Source: an uncultured Draconibacterium sp.
GTDB lineage: Bacteria > Bacteroidota > Bacteroidia > Bacteroidales > JAADGE01
Reading direction: 5' to 3'
Assembly (NCBI GenBank): GCA_964500765.1
Contig: CAZCPV010000001.1
Coordinates: 1 to 38,604 of the forward strand
Length of the DNA stretch: 38,604 nt
Shown here: piece by piece, positions 36,807-38,604 of the stretch
Numbering within the stretch: position 1 is the stretch's first letter
Layout of the letters: each line of letters begins with the position of its first letter
Position numbers and translations under genes: made by a program
The notes under the pieces: model-generated
What the model saw: only the letters and a program-made list of their open reading frames with translations
Database searches by the model: none
What the model was told of the DNA's origin: nothing

Positions 36807-36814
36807 CAAATTTA
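36807..36814 (-). promoter_or_regulatory. -7 promoter motif (TAAATTTG on minus strand) for the CPBP-trmD pair
   Basis: Exact TAnnTTTG match 25 nt upstream of the ATG at 36781. Confidence 0.4.
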
Positions 36815-37121
36815 CATATTATTAAAAGAAATTATGAATTTTATTTTACAGTTATATCATATTGTTAATCAATGAATAATAATAATAATAGTCGGATGTT
36901 GCATGAAAAAAAGCATATTTGTTTTTTCGTTTAAAACTTTATACTTATACTTGCATTATCAAAATATATCGATGACTTATAATCGATTCTTATAATTCAA
37001 TTTCTCAAAATATAATATAATTACTTCGATAACTATCTCTTTATGATATAAAAAATACAGTGCTCAACTGTAGATATTATTTTAAAAAACTTCATATTAT
37101 TTAACTAAATAAAAAAAATAC

Positions 37122-38604
37122 ATGTACGACATTCTGGAACTTCAGAAAATGAAGGTATTAGATTTGCGAAATATCGCAAAAGAACTTGGCATTAAACGTG
37201 TTGAGAAATACAAAAAACAAGATTTAATATACGAAATATTAGATCAAGCAGCTATTAAAGGTGCAAAATCAAGCTCTCCGACAAAAAAGACAGAACATAA
37301 ACCAAAATCTAAACCGATTGATTCACAAATCAATAAAAAACAAAAAAAATATAATCCTGTTTCTGAAGAAAAATCTGTAATTGAAAAAAAACATACAGAT
37401 ACTGAAAATGTATCCGAAAAGAACAAAAATACCTCAAAAAAACAAGTTCAGAAAAAGGTAATTACTGACAATAAAAAATCTTCTGAAACTGAAAAAAGAA
37501 CCGATAATAAGCAGAAAATTGACAGACAAAAAAGAGAAAACAAACCTTACGATAAAAACAGACCTAAATCAAACGGAATAAGTGAAACAAAGAATCGACC
37601 GTTTGAAAAACGTTCCGCTAATCAAAATACAAATTCTTCATCACATCAAAATCCGTATAAGAAAAAAAATGAAGAAAATTATGAAAAAAATAAGGGCTTT
37701 AATTCAAAATTTGAATTTGATGCTATTATTCAAAGTACCGGTGTACTGGAAATAATGCCCGACGGATACGGATTTTTGCGTTCGTCGGATTATAATTATT
37801 TTAATTCACCCGATGATATTTATGTATCGCAATCGCAAATTAAACTTTTCGGTTTAAAAACCGGAGATACGATAAGAGGACAAATAAGACCGCCTAAAGA
37901 CAGCGAAAAATATTTTCCTTTAATAAAAATTGACCAGATTAACGGTCATAAGCCGGAAGATATAAGAGACCGAATTCATTTCGAGCATCTTACGCCGCTT
38001 TTTCCGAATGAAAAATTTAATATTACCGATAAATCATCATCAACATCCACACGTATTATCGATTTATTTTCGCCTCTCGGAAAGGGACAAAGAGGTTTGA
38101 TAGTAGCACAACCTAAAACAGGAAAAACAGTTTTGCTTAAAGAAATTGCCAATGCGATAGCTGCCAATCATCCGGAAGTGTACATGATTATTTTATTAAT
38201 CGATGAGCGACCGGAAGAGGTTACCGACATGGAACGAAGCGTAAATGCCGAAGTTGTGGCTTCCACTTTCGACGAACCGGCTGACAGGCACGTAAAAGTT
38301 TCCGAAATGGTTATTCAAAAAGCAAAACGTTTGGTCGAATCCGGACACGATGTCGTAATATTACTCGATTCAATTACCCGTTTGGCAAGAGCTTACAATA
38401 CGGTTTCTCCGTCATCCGGGAAAGTGCTTTCCGGCGGTGTGGAAGCCAGTGCTTTGCATAAACCGAAACGCTTTTTCGGTGCTGCCCGGAATATTGAAAA
38501 CGGCGGCTCTCTTACAATTATAGCAACAGCATTAATTGATACCGGTTCAAAGATGGATGAAGTGATTTTTGAAGAATTTAAAGGTACCGGCAATATGGAA
38601 TTGC
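37122..38604 (+). CDS. rho: transcription termination factor Rho with a large N-terminal insertion domain, truncated by the window edge
   Basis: Absent from the ORF track because it has no in-window stop. My translation from the ATG at 37122 starts [43 protein letters not shown] Lys/Asn/Ser/Glu-rich insert of about 150 aa follows. Then come [70 protein letters not shown] and [28 protein letters not shown]. Confidence 0.95.
   Translation, partial: MYDILELQKMKVLDLRNIAKELGIKRVEKYKKQDLIYEILDQAAIKGAKSSSPTKKTEHKPKSKPIDSQINKKQKKYNPVSEEKSVIEKKHTDTENVSEKNKNTSKKQVQKKVITDNKKSSETEKRTDNKQKIDRQKRENKPYDKNRPKSNGISETKNRPFEKRSANQNTNSSSHQNPYKKKNEENYEKNKGFNSKFEFDAIIQSTGVLEIMPDGYGFLRSSDYNYFNSPDDIYVSQSQIKLFGLKTGDTIRGQIRPPKDSEKYFPLIKIDQINGHKPEDIRDRIHFEHLTPLFPNEKFNITDKSSSTSTRIIDLFSPLGKGQRGLIVAQPKTGKTVLLKEIANAIAANHPEVYMIILLIDERPEEVTDMERSVNAEVVASTFDEPADRHVKVSEMVIQKAKRLVESGHDVVILLDSITRLARAYNTVSPSSGKVLSGGVEASALHKPKRFFGAARNIENGGSLTIIATALIDTGSKMDEVIFEEFKGTGNMEL

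Noticed and set aside
36875-36890. (AAT)5 microsatellite in the CPBP/rho spacer
   Set aside because: It is short, intergenic and not positioned between recognisable promoter elements, so there is no evidence of phase-variable control.
36903-36995. 30-codon uORF (MKKSIFVFSFKTLYLYLHYQNISMTYNRFL) in the long AT-rich region upstream of rho
   Set aside because: The only near-promoter motif here (CATATTTG, about 36914..36921) lies inside it, so its ATG may not be transcribed. Open frames of this length are expected by chance in such AT-rich DNA.
1-38604. Search for CRISPR arrays, tRNA/rRNA/tmRNA/RNase P-like sequences, IS elements, integrases, long direct or inverted repeats and defence-system hallmarks
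   Set aside because: I found none by eye. All spacers longer than 100 nt (5182..5477, 12631..12864, 26776..27035, 36782..37121) are AT-rich promoter regions. The only exception is the repeat-bearing part of 26776..26900, reported as a finding.

Overview
AT-rich segment (about one-third GC by eye) that reads as core chromosome of a Bacteroidota bacterium, probably an anaerobic fermenter. I call 29 tightly packed protein-coding genes on both strands. Two are cut by the window edges and so are missing from the ORF track: an MMPL-type exporter on the minus strand (1..2659) and rho on the plus strand (from 37122). Both come from my own translation. Recognisable content is mostly housekeeping: rpoD (short Bacteroidota sigma-A), pta, ackA, truA, aroE, korA/korB, mdh, the secDF fusion, tatA, trmD and rho with a long disordered insertion. 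There are also envelope proteins (OmpA-family, a POTRA-less Omp85 barrel, lipoproteins, DUF368, DUF4293, DUF2892, a CPBP protease). The Bacteroidota -7 promoter motif TAnnTTTG lies at a sensible distance upstream of 15 genes. I used it, together with family N-termini, to move several start codons inward from the ORF-track starts, some of which are TTG extensions. Five reasonably clear intrinsic terminators are visible. I found no rRNA, tRNA, CRISPR array, transposase, integrase, phage gene or defence-island hallmark. I do not see a convincing self-contained novel multi-gene system, and the region looks ordinary. The best leads are unusual single-gene architectures and gene pairings. The first is an AmgK-like kinase fused to a RapZ C-terminal domain. 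The second is a 995-aa protein with a pseudo-receiver, a receiver and a PPDK-type ATP-grasp but no visible phosphohistidine domain. The third is a divergent 3-hydroxyacyl-CoA-dehydrogenase-like gene between pta and ackA. The fourth is an Ntn-acylase plus ACC-deaminase-fold operon. All functional calls rest on motif recognition by eye and on remembered family sequences, not on database searches.
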